The notes beneath the pieces are model-generated. The model saw nothing but the letters and a program-made list of their open reading frames with translations. It was not told the DNA's origin and did no database searches. The translations under genes were made by a program, and so were the position numbers. 64,000 nt of DNA from Tubulanus polymorphus. Taxonomy: Eukaryota > Animalia > Nemertea. Position 1 is the stretch's first letter. The number at the start of each line of letters is the position of its first letter. Shown piece by piece: positions 13,823 to 26,008 of this stretch. Location: the NCBI RefSeq assembly GCF_964204645.1, contig NC_134025.1, forward strand, positions 14,756,001-14,820,000. Reading direction: 5' to 3'.

Positions 13823-13929
13823 TTATTGACGACAACGCCACCTAAGATGTCCTACTTGGACCATGGACAACTGGACCTGATGGCCTTACTTGACTCCGTA
13901 GGCTGTAGACTGTAGGTCATAATTAGTCT

Positions 13930-14155
13930 TTAAGGATTTTGACAAAGCCTTTGATAAGGTACAATATCAGCCATTGCTAAACAAGCCACTAGGAAACATA
14001 ATCAATGATAGGTCGCTCAAATGGCTCAGCAGTTATATCTGAACGAAAACAGGTGGCCGAAATCAATGGAACGCCTCATCTTGGAATAAGTCGGTCTAAC
14101 TAGTGGAGTCACGCATGGCAGTATCCTAAATCGTCTTCTGTTTACTATCCTGATG
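13930..14155 (+). pseudogene. CR1-type LINE RT fragment
   Basis: DFDKAFDKV motif and a degenerate SGV.HGSIL..LLF motif. Confidence 0.7.
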
Positions 14156-14197
14156 ACATACTCAGTAAACCAAAATGTACCGGACCAAGTAAATATA

Positions 14198-15030
14198 ATC
14201 TAGGGGTCCAGGGACACCATGCCCACTTGGGAAGTGGCTTTAAATGCTCAACAATCTAGCAATTTCAATACATAACGCCCCCTAGTGACCATATAGAAAA
14301 AAACTAATGACCTAGAAACCCACCACAATCATAGTAGATGTCAGCAGCTATGATTTTGTAATTGATTGTGATAACAAAATATGCCTCGTTACCAATTCAA
14401 TATGGATATACTAAGTTATTCTACTATTCAACCCCCCCTGGTGACCATATGCAAAACCCAATGACCTTAAAACTCACCACAATCGTAGTACATGTCATGA
14501 AACACAACTTTGCAATTGATCATGGTAACAAAATATGCCTAGGTACCAATCTAATAAGGAAATACTATGCTATTCTACTATTCAACACCCCCCTGGTGAC
14601 TATATGGAATAACTAATGTCCTTAAAAACTCACCACAATCATAGACAATGTCATGAACTAAAACTTTGCAATTGATCATGGTAACAAAATATGCCTAGGT
14701 ACCAATCTAATAAGGAAATATTAAGTTATTCTACTATTCAACGCCCCCTGGTGACCATATATAATAACTAATGTCCTTAAACTCACCAAAATCATGGAAG
14801 ATGTCATGAGCTACAACTACAAATTGATTGGTAACAAAATATGTATTGGTACAAATATAATATAGAAATACTAAGTTATTGTATTATTTAACGCCCCCTG
14901 GTGGCCACATACAAAAACCTATGACCTTGAAACTCACCAAAATCATAGACCACGTCATGGGCTACAACTTTCCAATTGAATATAGTAACACAATATGCTT
15001 AGGTATCAATTTAATGTGGAAAAACTTTTT
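14198..15030 (-). mobile_element. HINE family A, partial, with five ~154-bp tandem units
   Basis: Terminus ctaggggtccagggacaccatgcccacttggga matches 43839. The unit landmark ct(a/g)gtg(a/g)c recurs at ~14282, 14438, 14593, 14748 and 14898. Confidence 0.85.
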
Positions 15031-15219
15031 CAACGCATCCATTAAGAAGTTTTAAATGAAAAATTACTTTTCTGAACAAAATTTGGCATAGAGTTTATAA
15101 TAAACTTTGTATACCTTTTATATGAGTCTTAACAACTGGTCGACACATGACAACATACCACAGTGAATGTTTGCGAAGAATGTGTAAGGAAAATGAGGAT
15201 ATACAATTCTAGAACAAAC

Positions 15220-15395
15220 CTGAGAATAATTATTATCTAACATCACACCATAAACTGCGTGCAGTCCAAGACCAGGAAGTAACCAGGGTAGGACAGTTGA
15301 CTCAGGATCTAGATGTTTCGCAATGCATGATATACTCAGTAGAATGACTGTGGCATTTGCCAAACGTATGATGGTGACACTTGTAGGTAAAATCA
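15220..15395 (-). CDS. Candidate host exon encoding a hydrophobic peptide
   Basis: Acceptor tctttttattgcag and donor cag|gtttgt bound the open frame ILPTSVTIIRLANATVILLSISCIAKHLDPESTVLPWLLPGLGLHAVYGVMLDNNYSQ. Confidence 0.3.
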
Positions 15396-15865
15396 CTGCA
15401 ATAAAAAGACATCACAGATAAAGAGAATTAAATCCAATCAAACATCTTAGTTCAAATGAACATCATAAAATTGTCCTGCAAAAAAAAAATCTTGCGGATA
15501 AGGCAAGGGCACACAGATTACTTCATTCCCCAGATGTATATCAACATTAATCAGTACAACCATTGTTGTAGTTTTTAGAAAATTGTTTGTAATCAATTCA
15601 ATCGAGATTTCTAAGTCATCGAGATTCTCAAATGAAATGTAGATGTGGGCTTGTTGTGCCCAGCCTAAAAATTGTGGTTATCCTGGTCATCCTGGCACCA
15701 ATTACCACTTGAAAGACTAGGATCTGGATGAAATATAGATAGACCAAACAAATATAATAGAGTAAACACATTTTTGGGTCAGGACAAAACGTCGGGTAGA
15801 AGATCGGGGTACTTGCTCATTTAAGAATAGATTTTCACCCACAGGGGAAATAATCAATTCATATT

Positions 15866-16430
15866 AACTAGAGCTTCAGGGACACCATGCCCACTTGGAA
15901 AGTGGTTTCAGATGCTCAACAATCTAACAATGTCAATATTCAACGCTCCCTGGTGACCATGTACAAAGGCCAATGACCTTGAAACTCACCACATTCATAG
16001 AACATGTCAGCAGCTACAATTTCGCAATTGGTTGTGATAACAATATGCCTCGGTACCAATTTTAAATGGAAATACGAAGTTATTCTACTATTCAACACCC
16101 CCTGGTGACCACCACAATCATAGAACATGGCCTGAGCTACAATTTAGCAATTGATTATGGTAACAAAATATGCCTAAGGACCAATTTAATAAGGAAATAC
16201 TAAGTTATTCTACTATACAACGCCTACCTGGTGACCATATAGAATAACTTATGTCCTTGAAACTCACCACAATCATAGAGCATGTCATGAACTACAACTT
16301 TTCAATTGATTGTGGTAACAAAATATGCATAGGTATGAATATAATATCGAAATACTAAGTTATTGTATTATTCAACACCCCCTGGTGGCCATATACAAAA
16401 ACCAATGGCCTTGGAACTCACCAAAATCAA
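15866..16430 (-). mobile_element. HINE family A, partial, about four units
   Basis: Terminus aactagagcttcagggacaccatgcccacttggaa followed by the same ~154-bp units. Confidence 0.8.
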
Positions 16431-17122
16431 GCAAGCATGCATGCGAACTGTTATCGATCTAGCGTATTAGCATGATAGCAGGATGTTACATGCGCGCTGT
16501 AGTATGCATTCATTCAACACACAGATAGTTGACGGCGGTGCGTTACGTTCGAATATTGTTGGTTAACCTTCGTTTATTTCAGGCCAAAGTGATTCTATAC
16601 TATTATCATCATTATTACTTGCTTTATATCCTGTCATAACAATATATAAATTCAAAAAGTTACATAATGGAAATGACAAATTACATATTGTATACATTCA
16701 TAAGTTGTTATGATATAGCAGTAGGGAAAATATATAGGAAGCATTGCTTGTATCATGTATCACCCTCAATGTTAAACAACGAAAAAGAAAAGAAACCGGA
16801 ATAAGAAGAGAAAACTGAATAAAAATCAAAATTATAATGACTTTGTCATAAACAGATCTCACATATTTCAGATAAATATTTTGATCAAGGCTATGGGCAA
16901 ATAGTTCTTTTAACTGTAATTTAATATAAGTTTCATTTTCAACTTATTTTTGAAGCTTTTAATAGAGGGGGCATTCTCATTCTTTAGAATTTCATCTAGA
17001 CAGTTCCAAATTTTTTGACCATTTACTTAAAGTAAAAAATGTTTCGTATTTGTATGGAATGAAGCTGGTTGAAGATTATTTCTAGACAGGGGGCCGGTTC
17101 CATAGACTGGGCTTAGACTTAA

Positions 17123-19419
17123 AGGGCAAATGCCATCAAAATTGTACTTTCCGCGATTTCATAACCAGAAGAAACTTTAGTATACATATAATGACCTAAG
17201 ATGTGACTTATTGAAATAAATTGCCCATGGGCAAAGTGTGGTTTACCTTGAAAGCTAGAGGTTGTTGGTTGGAGTAAGGGCATTGCTTGAATCTTTTTAA
17301 TTCGTGATTTCAAAGTTCCACAAGTTTATATTGTATTTTACCTTTCTTAAAGATTTATTTTGTACTCAAATAAGACCACAGATATACATTTGTTTACGGT
17401 CCACGTCCAGAATTTCGTAGGGTACAGGTAGGTGCGGCAGGGAAACTATTTTATATTTTCAAAAAAACATATTTTTCACAATATGAAAAAAAATATTCAA
17501 ATAAGGCCATCCCAAAATAATTGTCTGTTTGCCGTAACACCGACTCAACTTTTCAGGATGAGTCGATAGGTAGAAATTTTTTTTTTTTGCTAAATTTTTG
17601 GGCAAAAGAAACAAATTTATCACCTTTTTTTACATGGAAACAATATCGCAAATCTAAGTTGTGCACGGGAAATTTGTCCAATAGCGTAGATTTGGAGAAT
17701 TATTCTAAAATTATAACTTCGTCCATAGCGTCATCTCCGTGTTAAAAATGAAACAGTACATTGAATATATGCGCGCTTTTACCAGCTTCAATTTAGTCAC
17801 TATTTAATAGAATGAATGGCAGCTTATTGGAACACTGCCAGTTTCCTGGAAAACTTAAATTAGGCCACATGTCAAGGCATGTTTTCACAGATGCACACTT
17901 GACTTCAAACATACGTAGCTCATACATCGGCAGTGGGTCGGTCGGCTGGCCGTTTTTATCAAAAATGAAATTTATTTCAATGAATCCCAGAAAAAAGTTT
18001 TCACTCGGTACCTTTGAAGTCGGGTCGGTCGGGTTACGGCAAACAGACCATTATTTTGGGATGGCCTAAAAATCCATACAGTATGATGTCACTGACATAT
18101 CAGAGGGTAGCTGAATATTGAGTCTTGGAAACCTCCTCCAATGTATGGCCGCGGAAGCTTTTACCGGTACAGAATAAATCGGCTATTAGATCGTTTTAAA
18201 TCCTGGAATTTACCACTACAATATTCAAACCTCGGCAGACCTCATAGTTCGCTGCTTAGTATTTTCAGGTCACAAGAAATTACAATTTATTACAAATTCT
18301 ATCAAACAGAAAACACAGCGCTTATCTTCTGCTACTACGATTTTTCAGCCTATTTTCATGTCAAACGTGTAAGTGAATTTCGCTTACACCTCAATGTCAA
18401 TCAAAACAATCCCGGGTATAAAAATGAAACAATACCTATGGCAGATGTGTGAAATAATTACATCCTCACCAGCAATGAGCATTTAAAATTCGCACGTAAA
18501 CGGCACCTAGTCCAATGAAACGTACGCCATTCTATGGCTTTCCCATAATTATTTTAGTAGCGGAATTCCCCGTATATCCCAAAAACAGTCAATCCCATTC
18601 GCTCGTAGAGACGACGCCCCCCAATCGAGGTCAATGCAATTATATACGCGAGAGCTAAGAATTTTCCCGCCAAAAACAGTTTTTCGTAGAATTTTAACTC
18701 AGTTGACCATGTCATCGACGGAGGTTCGCCATGTCTTCAATCACATCGATTATACGTCGTTTAAGCCGAGAACCAATAAAACAAATGCTCACATAAAAAA
18801 ACGTACCGCGATTTTACATGAATCAATGCCAACATCATATCGCTGACAAAGGTAAACCAAAAAGGAGCACGAATTAGGCATAATAGTTAGCGGAATAGTC
18901 ATCTATTTATCCTTCACTCGGTGTGTATAATTCATATTCAACCCCCTGGTGGCGCTATTTATGATGTTAACTACGACAATCAACACAAGCACGTGTGCGC
19001 GGTAGTACGCGTAGCCTATGTTTAATCGATTAAATAAACACCATTTGTTAACTGTATTCACTGACCTACAGCGCTACTCACTTATACTCACTTATATACG
19101 ATCATGTCATATACAACAGTAGCAACACTATACAATGGTAAGAGTTAATTCAAATCACACCCAAAACGATAAATTATCGCATGAAATGTCTAATGAAATG
19201 AATGGAAGCCGCGAGCGTTTGTCAGAGATGACATCAGAAACACGCACCTGCTAAGATAAATAATAACAGTGAGCACGTGCTGAAATTGCCGATTTAAAAG
19301 TCATATTTCTCAGTAATGGCTGAACTAAAATTAAAACCAGTTCCATATTTGATATTTGCGAAAACATCACATTTGAAAATGAATTTTACACAATATTCTA
19401 TTTTGATGGCATATGCTCT
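17123..19419. mobile_element. Kolobok-like non-autonomous DNA transposon
   Basis: TTAA at 17119-17122 and 19420-19423; AG...CT termini; TIRs agggcaaatgccatcaaaat / attttgatggcatatgctct. Confidence 0.8.
17505..18066. mobile_element. PIF/Harbinger-type MITE
   Basis: TIRs ggccatcccaaaataat / attattttgggatggcc extending to ~38 bp, TAA TSD, and an empty site visible at ~1879. Confidence 0.85.
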
Positions 19420-19567
19420 TTAAGACCACTCTAAGACCATCTTGGTTCTATAGCCAATCTAACAACTTAAGACCACTTTTGGTCGTAAGTCTCGACTATG
19501 GAACTGGCACCTGGTATCATAACGGGTACTGGAAATCTTTTGAAAGAAATTATCAAAAATACTTAAA

Positions 19568-20816
19568 AGGGGTCATGAAGAGGTTTTGAAAAAACTTCTA
19601 AATCTAATTTTTTTTGTATAAAACATTCACCCTATGCATGTATAGTAGTCTCGTGAAAAATTTTTTTTAAAATATCTTTATCCAAACTCAAGAAAAGCCC
19701 GTAGCAACGGCCCTAGCAACAGGACACTTGCGTTTGTGCGGTGATGTTGATGACATCATTCTGAGAACACATCGCCTGCAGCACACTCAAAAGCGTTATT
19801 AAACAATGCTCATTTTCGTTGAATATCGTGTTTACTTTACCGTCTATTGAAATGCCTTGGCTTTGTGTAGCTACGAACTGTTCCCACAAAGGCAGCGACA
19901 AATTTTGGTGGCCAAAACCAAAGATTTAGCCCCAAGATGATGGACCGTACGAGGAAAAACACCCGGCCTATGTGTAAACTAGCTTCACACTTTAGAGAAG
20001 GAATATTACAACACACATAAACTTGGATACACAAAACTTATGTTTTTATTATCTGAGTGCCTCTTATTCTGCCAAGTGATGGTATTTTTGCGAATTAAGT
20101 TCGTAGTAAGAGATACGCACTTTCCACTGCATATAGTACTGGCTTTCCCCAGTGACCCACATCGGTGTAGTATGTACAACATACTGACTGTATATATGCA
20201 GCACACATTACTACACACGGACGGGATGGCGCAGGCTGGGCTGGGATTCACAAACAAGTTTACGGTTTCAGGACACTTTTATGGTCCAGTACTGAATAAG
20301 AATATCTACCCACAGAAATATCTGCGATGCCTATATCAGTCATCCTCTCTGCGTGGTTTTTACAAAGAGGGAATGACTTAAATGACGATGAAGGCTCGCT
20401 GCTCCACGACGTAGAAATATGCTGTACTATAGTCACAAATTCCTTCGTTCTGAGGCATCAGGTCCAAATTAAATGGAATAATTCTTACTGTCTATTAGTA
20501 ACAACAGTTGGCTTCCTAAACATCAGACGTTTGATTGAAATCTTACGTATTTGAGTCACTATTTTGCACTTTAATCGCTGTTAGTATCACCCATTTCTAT
20601 ACACTACACCATGTTGTTTTGGTTTGGGTTCTCAGAATGACGCCACACTTACGGGTTGGGAAGGAATCAGCGCAGCCGATGAAAGGTCTCGTTTTAACAC
20701 TAATTGAAGAATTAAAAATTAATTTCTTGACCACTAAATTAATAAATAGGTTATAATTGATATTAAAAAATAAAAAATACTTTCAGCCATATCTTAAAAA
20801 CCTCTTCATGACCCCT
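19568..20816. mobile_element. Kolobok-like non-autonomous element, copy 1
   Basis: TIRs aggggtcatgaagaggtttt / aaaacctcttcatgacccct with degenerate TTAA-like flanks; inverted homolog of 24457-25702. Confidence 0.85.
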
Positions 20817-21289
20817 TTATTAAAGCTTTCCATGATACATGAATTGGGCAACATGGTAATTATTAATGTCACGTAGTTTTATAATCTTCAAGCATTTAAA
20901 AAGAGTAGTACTGTGAGCTAAATAATGAGATTTAGATAAAATAAATGAATAGTACATTTGTCTAAGTACATTTTGAGACAAAAATAAAAAAATACCAATA
21001 AATCTTGCTAATTTTTTGGTAATTTGTTTGATGTGAGATTTCCAGTTTAAACTGCTATCTATCTGAATACCAAGGAATTTAGTCTCATAAACTTGGGATA
21101 ATCTAGCGTCATTGATAAATATATTGACAGACTCGTTGAGTTTGGCACAGCTCAATACAATATAATGTTTTAGCTAACAGAGATGCTAGGGCCAAAGTAC
21201 CAAAATTCCGGAATTTAGAACGGGGGGGGATCTGGGGGTCCTCCCCCAGAAAAAATTTTGCGTTTCTGCATCGCCGGAGATGCAGTATC

Positions 21290-21548
21290 ACGATCGGCTT
21301 CTTTCATCTGAAAATACGACGGCAGGCATTCGTTGTGCTTCACATCCCTCGCTGCCTTCTTATGCCGTGCGCTATCCGGGTGACGAAGAATATCTTTTTT
21401 CCCGCCACTACAGTATTTGACCTGGTCTTTACAAACGACGCAGTACGCCACGCCAGCTAAGTCTATCTTACGAATGTAGTTCCATAAGTAGTCCCCGTTA
21501 CTGTCCTTACACTCTAGCCAGTGCCAGTTAAATTTATTTTTTATACCA
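21290..21548 (-). pseudogene. hAT-type transposase N-terminal (BED-like zinc finger) remnant
   Basis: GIKNKFNWHWLECKDSNGDYLWNYIRKIDLAGVAYCVVCKDQVKYCSGGKKDILRH..SARH. Confidence 0.7.
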
Positions 21549-22120
21549 TAAGAAATATTAGAAAAACATTAGAAAAACAATAGGTCGCTTTAACAACAAA
21601 AACTTATTCAATTCTAATGTTTTTCTAATATTTCTTATTGATACTAAATTACTTTACATTTGACTAGAATAATACTAGAAAAACTTTACCCTGAATAAGT
21701 TAGTATCAGCTTGTATTATTTTAGTCAAATGTAAAGAATTACAATATCATATTTGAATAAATTAATACATAAATTACTTCTGTGACTTCATTTTCAGAAA
21801 TAAAGCATAATATGTATTTAATACATTAATACGTATTTAATATGCCTAAGTAATAATTTTGAACCTTTATTATTCTTTAATTTATTCATATATTAGTTAT
21901 TGTAAATAAATTGGTTGAAAATTGTATAAAATAAAAGTAGGGTTTTAGGTATTAGGGCACCTAATAGGGTATCTATTACATAGGTAGGTATTAGGGTATC
22001 TAATACATTGATACCCCAACCCCCTTTTTTAATATATATATAATTTACTCATTTTCATACATTTCAACTAATATATTTTATATTTTCTGCTAATTTAACA
22101 GTCGATTTCTTATTTTGATT

Positions 22121-22230
22121 CATATAATTTTTCATCAAGTTCATGAATATACATGTGATTTCTCAAACTCTTTTTATTTTTATATCTTTTATTGCATATT
22201 TCACAGCATTTAATATTATTCAATCCATCT
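22121..22230 (-). CDS. C2H2 zinc-finger coding segment not in the ORF track
   Basis: NIKCCEICNKRYKNKKSLRNHMYIHELDEKII* fits C-x2-C-x12-H-x3-H. It is out of frame with ORF 22216-22428 and preceded by tttcag (splice acceptor or frameshift). Confidence 0.6.
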
Positions 22231-22428
22231 GAAATATAATTTATATTTTTCTATTAATTCAGCGTATTTAATTTTACAGCAATCATAGAATTCTAACAAC
22301 TGTTTTATACTATAAACTGAGAATGAAAATAAACCTGAAATCATAATAATTGATTTAATATTCTGTTGATTTTTATATATTAGATGTAATATTTCTAATA
22401 CCTTATTTTCACTCATTTTTATAGTCAA
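22216..22428 (-). CDS. Small hypothetical protein in the AT-rich cassette
   Basis: 70-aa ORF with TATAAAAATG context at MSENK and a central hydrophobic stretch. Confidence 0.35.
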   Translation of the reverse strand: MTIKMSENKVLEILHLIYKNQQNIKSIIMISGLFSFSVYSIKQLLEFYDCCKIKYAELIEKYKLYFRWIE

Positions 22429-22463
22429 AATATATAGAATAAATTAAATTAAAAGACGTTGTT

Positions 22464-22682
22464 TTAATCCTCTAAATCATTTTCTAAATTAACTTTTTTA
22501 TTCTTTTTATTTCTGTGATTGTTTCCATTTAACTTCTTTAATTTCTTGCTCAATTTTATATTCTCATTAATCAAATCCTTACTGATATTTTCATAATAAA
22601 AGAAAAGCGCAGCCAATATTAATCCTCCTGCTACTAAATAATGTTTCAAATCACTTTTCCCAGTTGGGATGAAACCATCCAT
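22464..22682 (-). CDS. Small single-pass membrane protein with a basic/acidic tail
   Basis: 72 aa; TAAATAAATG start context; TM-like YLVAGGLILAALFFYY followed by a Lys/Asn-rich tail ending ENDLED. Confidence 0.55.
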   Translation of the reverse strand: MDGFIPTGKSDLKHYLVAGGLILAALFFYYENISKDLINENIKLSKKLKKLNGNNHRNKKNKKVNLENDLED

Positions 22683-22796
22683 TTATTTAAGAGAAAAATT
22701 AAACAGTTTATAAAATATTTGCTAGTTTTTAATTGAATATTTTATCATCATTTTTAAAATATTAAACTTTTAAATGATTAAATCAAATAACAATTA

Positions 22797-23215
22797 AATT
22801 TGCAGCCAAACAATTTAACATTTCAACTGTAAAACAATTTATCATTTCAACTGCCAAACAATTTATCATTTCAACTGTCAAACAATTTATCATTTCAACT
22901 GCCAAACAATTTATCATTTCAACTGTCAAACAATTTATCATTTCAACTGCCAAGCAATTTATCATTTCAACTGTCAAATAATTTATCATTTCAACTGTCA
23001 AACAATTTATCATTTCAACTGTCAAACAATTTATCATTTCAACTGTCAAACAATTGATGATTTTAACTGCCAAACAATTTATCATTTCAACTGTCAAACA
23101 ATTTATCATTTCAACTGTCAATCAATTTATCATTTCAACTGTCAAACAATTTATCATTTCAACTGTTAAACAATTTATCATTTCAACTGTCAAACAATTT
23201 ATCATTTTAACAGTC
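22797..23215. repeat. 24-bp minisatellite, about 17 copies
   Basis: Unit aaacaatttatcatttcaactg(t/c)c; this repeat produces the TVEMINCL ORF. Confidence 0.95.
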
Positions 23216-23289
23216 TATTAGATATTTAAATCATTTAACTCAATTCAATAATTATTTGACTATTTAATTTATTTTTAATGTAGAATTGT

Positions 23290-23917
23290 TACTCTTTACA
23301 CCAGTTTTTATGTTTAATTGTTTCATAATGCTTTGATTTGTGATTTTAAATATTTACCTCCGCAATAACAATGAATTTTTTCATTAGGATTAAATCTTTT
23401 GAATTCATTTTCTAAATCACATTGAATTGCAATATCTTTATAAGAATTATTATTAACTGATTCACATTGAATACCTATAGGCTATTTGATGAATTTTCAT
23501 TATAGATAATTTGTTTATTATCAAAATTGAGATAATATAATTGTCTTTTTTCAATTCTTAAGTTAATCAAATCATTGTAATCTTTTGAAAGTATTATATC
23601 ATCATTTCTTTCATTGAAAGGAGTTTTAAGAATATTAATTATGTTTTCATCTAAAGTTCCTTTAAAATTTAAAACTGTATTGAACAATTTAGGATTTTTA
23701 ACGCCATTATCAAAAGTATCTACTAGTTCAATAATTAAATATGTTTCATTTGATAATATTTGATTAATCATAGTAATATTATCGATTTTATAATGTCTTG
23801 CCGACACTTAATTTGTTGCTGAAATATAATTTTTAATGTTAAACTGTGAAAATGAATTATTGGTTTCATTGATTTCGATTTTAAAGTTGGGTTCTTCTTC
23901 TTCTTTCTTCATTTTCA
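23290..23917 (-). pseudogene. Disrupted ~200-aa ORF with a C-terminal CxCG..Y...H...KH zinc-finger-like motif
   Basis: MKKEEEEPNFKIEIN...* is in frame with ORF 23475-23807. After a frameshift it continues IGIQCE...DIAIQCD...KIHCYCGGKYLKS/KHYETIKHKNWCKE*. Confidence 0.55.
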
Positions 23918-24456
23918 TAACAAAATTTTCATTAAACTCATTCAAATATAAATATTCAATGATTTAAATATGAATTATTTCACTCACACTTTACTCACAC
24001 TTTTAATGTTTAAAAATCTAAGTCATACAAATATAAATATTGAAATATGTTTAAAATATAAACTATTTCACTCACACTTTTATATTCTTTTAGTTATCCA
24101 TTGATTTTACTCATATTTTTATTAGAAATCTGTTAAAATATGAATTATTACTCACACTTTACTCACACTTTTGTAATTAACATATAAATGATTTTAAAAT
24201 AAATGAAATTCATGTAAATAATGTTCATTTTTATGAGTTTCGCGACTAATTCAAGTAGAAATTGTTATTAATTTCATGTTTTTCATTTTTTACGAGCTCG
24301 ACCGTTCGACCTTTGGCTTGAACCAACTAAACCCCTATTACTCGTGCCATTACTGGTCGCCGCGAGGAATTCTCACCAAATTTCCGGAATTGACATCGAC
24401 GATCCTAAATTTCCGGAATTCCGGATATTTCCGGAAAACTAGCATCTCTGAGTTAA

Positions 24457-25702
24457 AGGGGTCATGAAGAGGTTTTTGAAATAAGGCTGAAAGTATTTTT
24501 TATCATCAATTTTAACCTATTTTTTGATCTAGTGGTCAACAAATAAATTTTCCATTCTTCATTTACTTTTTAAACGAGACTTTTGATCAGCCGCGCTGAT
24601 TCCTTCCCAACCCAGAAGTGTGACGTCATTCTGAGTGCCCAGACCAAAACAACATGGTGCAGTGTATAGAAACGGGTGATACTAACAGTGATAAAAGTGA
24701 AAAATAGTGACTCAAATACATCAGATTCCAATCTAACGTCCGAAGTTTAGGAATCCAACAGTTTTTATTATTAGACAGTTGAAATTATTCCATTTAATTT
24801 GGACCTGACGCCTCAGAACAAGGGAATTTGTGACTATACAGTACAGCATATTTCTACGTCGTGAAACCGCAAGCATTCATCGTCATTTTCAGTCTCTATT
24901 TGTTAAAACCACGCGGAGGGGATGACTGATAAAACATTGCAGATATTTCTGTGGGCAGAGATAGTTTTATCCAGTACTGGACCATAAAAGAGTCCTGAAA
25001 CCTTAAACTTGTTCGTGTTGTATCCCAGCCCAGCCTGCGCCATCCCGTCTAATAGTAATTGAGTGCTGCATACATACCTAGCCAGCCAGTATGTTGTACA
25101 CACTACAGCGATGTAGGTCACTGGGGAAAGCCAGTACTATGCGCAGTGGAGAGCGCTTATCTCTTAATAGGTATTGAATTTACGGAAATAGCGTCACTTG
25201 GTCTAATAAAAGGCTCTCAGAAAATAAAAACATAAGTTTTGTGTATCTAAGTTTATATGTGCCGTAATGTTTGTGAGAATCCCCTCTAAAATGCGAAGAC
25301 AGTTACACATAGGCCGGATGTTTTTCCTCTTACGGTCCATCATCTTAGGGCCAAATCTGTGGTTTTGGCCACTATAAAATTTGTCGCTGCCTTTGTGGGA
25401 ACAGTTCATAGCTACACGCAGCCAAGGCATTTCAAAAGACGGTAAAATTAGCGCGATATTCAACGAAAATTAGCATTGTATTATAACGCTTCTGAGTGTC
25501 TGCAGGCGATGCATGATGTCATCAACATCATCGCGCAGACGTAAGCGTCCCATTGCAAGGGCCGTTGCTACGGGCTTTTCTCGAGTTTGGATAATGATAT
25601 TTAAAAAATGTTTTCACGAGACTTCTATAGATGTATACGGTAAATGTTCTATGATACAAAAGTAAGGTTTAAATTTTTTTTCAAAACCTCTTCATGACCC
25701 CG
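24457..25702. mobile_element. Kolobok-like non-autonomous element, copy 2, inverted relative to copy 1
   Basis: TTAA at 24453-24456 and 25703-25706; TIR aggggtcatgaagagg. Confidence 0.9.
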
Positions 25703-25778
25703 TTAAATTCAGTGATAGCCTATTTGCACGAAACTTTTGCGAATATTATCATGGCTGGCAAAAAATTAGTATCATCGG

Positions 25779-25945
25779 TGTAGTGTTTATGTATTGTTGT
25801 ACGTTTCGTGCTGTGTGTTATTCGAGTTTGTGAGTTACATTCAACCGTAAGAGGTCTTGAGGAGAATAAAGCATGGCTGATCCGTAATTCTATGTGTTGA
25901 CTTGGTGTATGGTTTAATCCGGCCTAATCAAGGCGAAATACAACA
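25779..25945 (+). repeat. 5' LTR of the Gypsy element
   Basis: Four substitutions relative to 30448-30614 by manual comparison. Confidence 0.95.
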
Positions 25946-25949
25946 ATTA

Positions 25950-25959
25950 TGGCGACGAG
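25950..25959 (+). promoter_or_regulatory. Primer-binding site, probably tRNA-Ser(GCT)
   Basis: TGGCGACGAG is complementary to the ...CTCGTCGCCA 3' end of animal tRNA-Ser(GCT), recalled rather than searched. Confidence 0.65.
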
Positions 25960-26008
25960 TTAAATCAATCGGAAAAGAAGAAAGTACGAACTGTAAGTTA
26001 AATCTGAA

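Larger units (their letters stand above)
17090..19511. mobile_element. Harbinger-like MITE (~120 bp) interrupted by a Kolobok-like element
   Basis: TIRs ggggccggttccatag / ctatggaactggcacc; halves at 17090-17122 and 19420-19511. Confidence 0.65.
21178..24450 (-). mobile_element. hAT-like element with 6-bp TSD enclosing AT-rich cargo
   Basis: TIRs cagagatgctag / ctagcatctctg, subterminal ttccggaa repeats, flanks agctaa/agttaa, and a transposase N-terminal remnant at 21290-21548. Confidence 0.8.

Noticed and set aside
14270-15000. Regularly spaced repeats and ORF 14362-14616
   Set aside because: Whole ~154-bp units are repeated as a HINE internal array; the ORF is incidental.
22783-23121. 112-aa TVEMINCL repeat protein
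   Set aside because: It results from a 24-bp minisatellite and has no unique N-terminus; not called as a gene.
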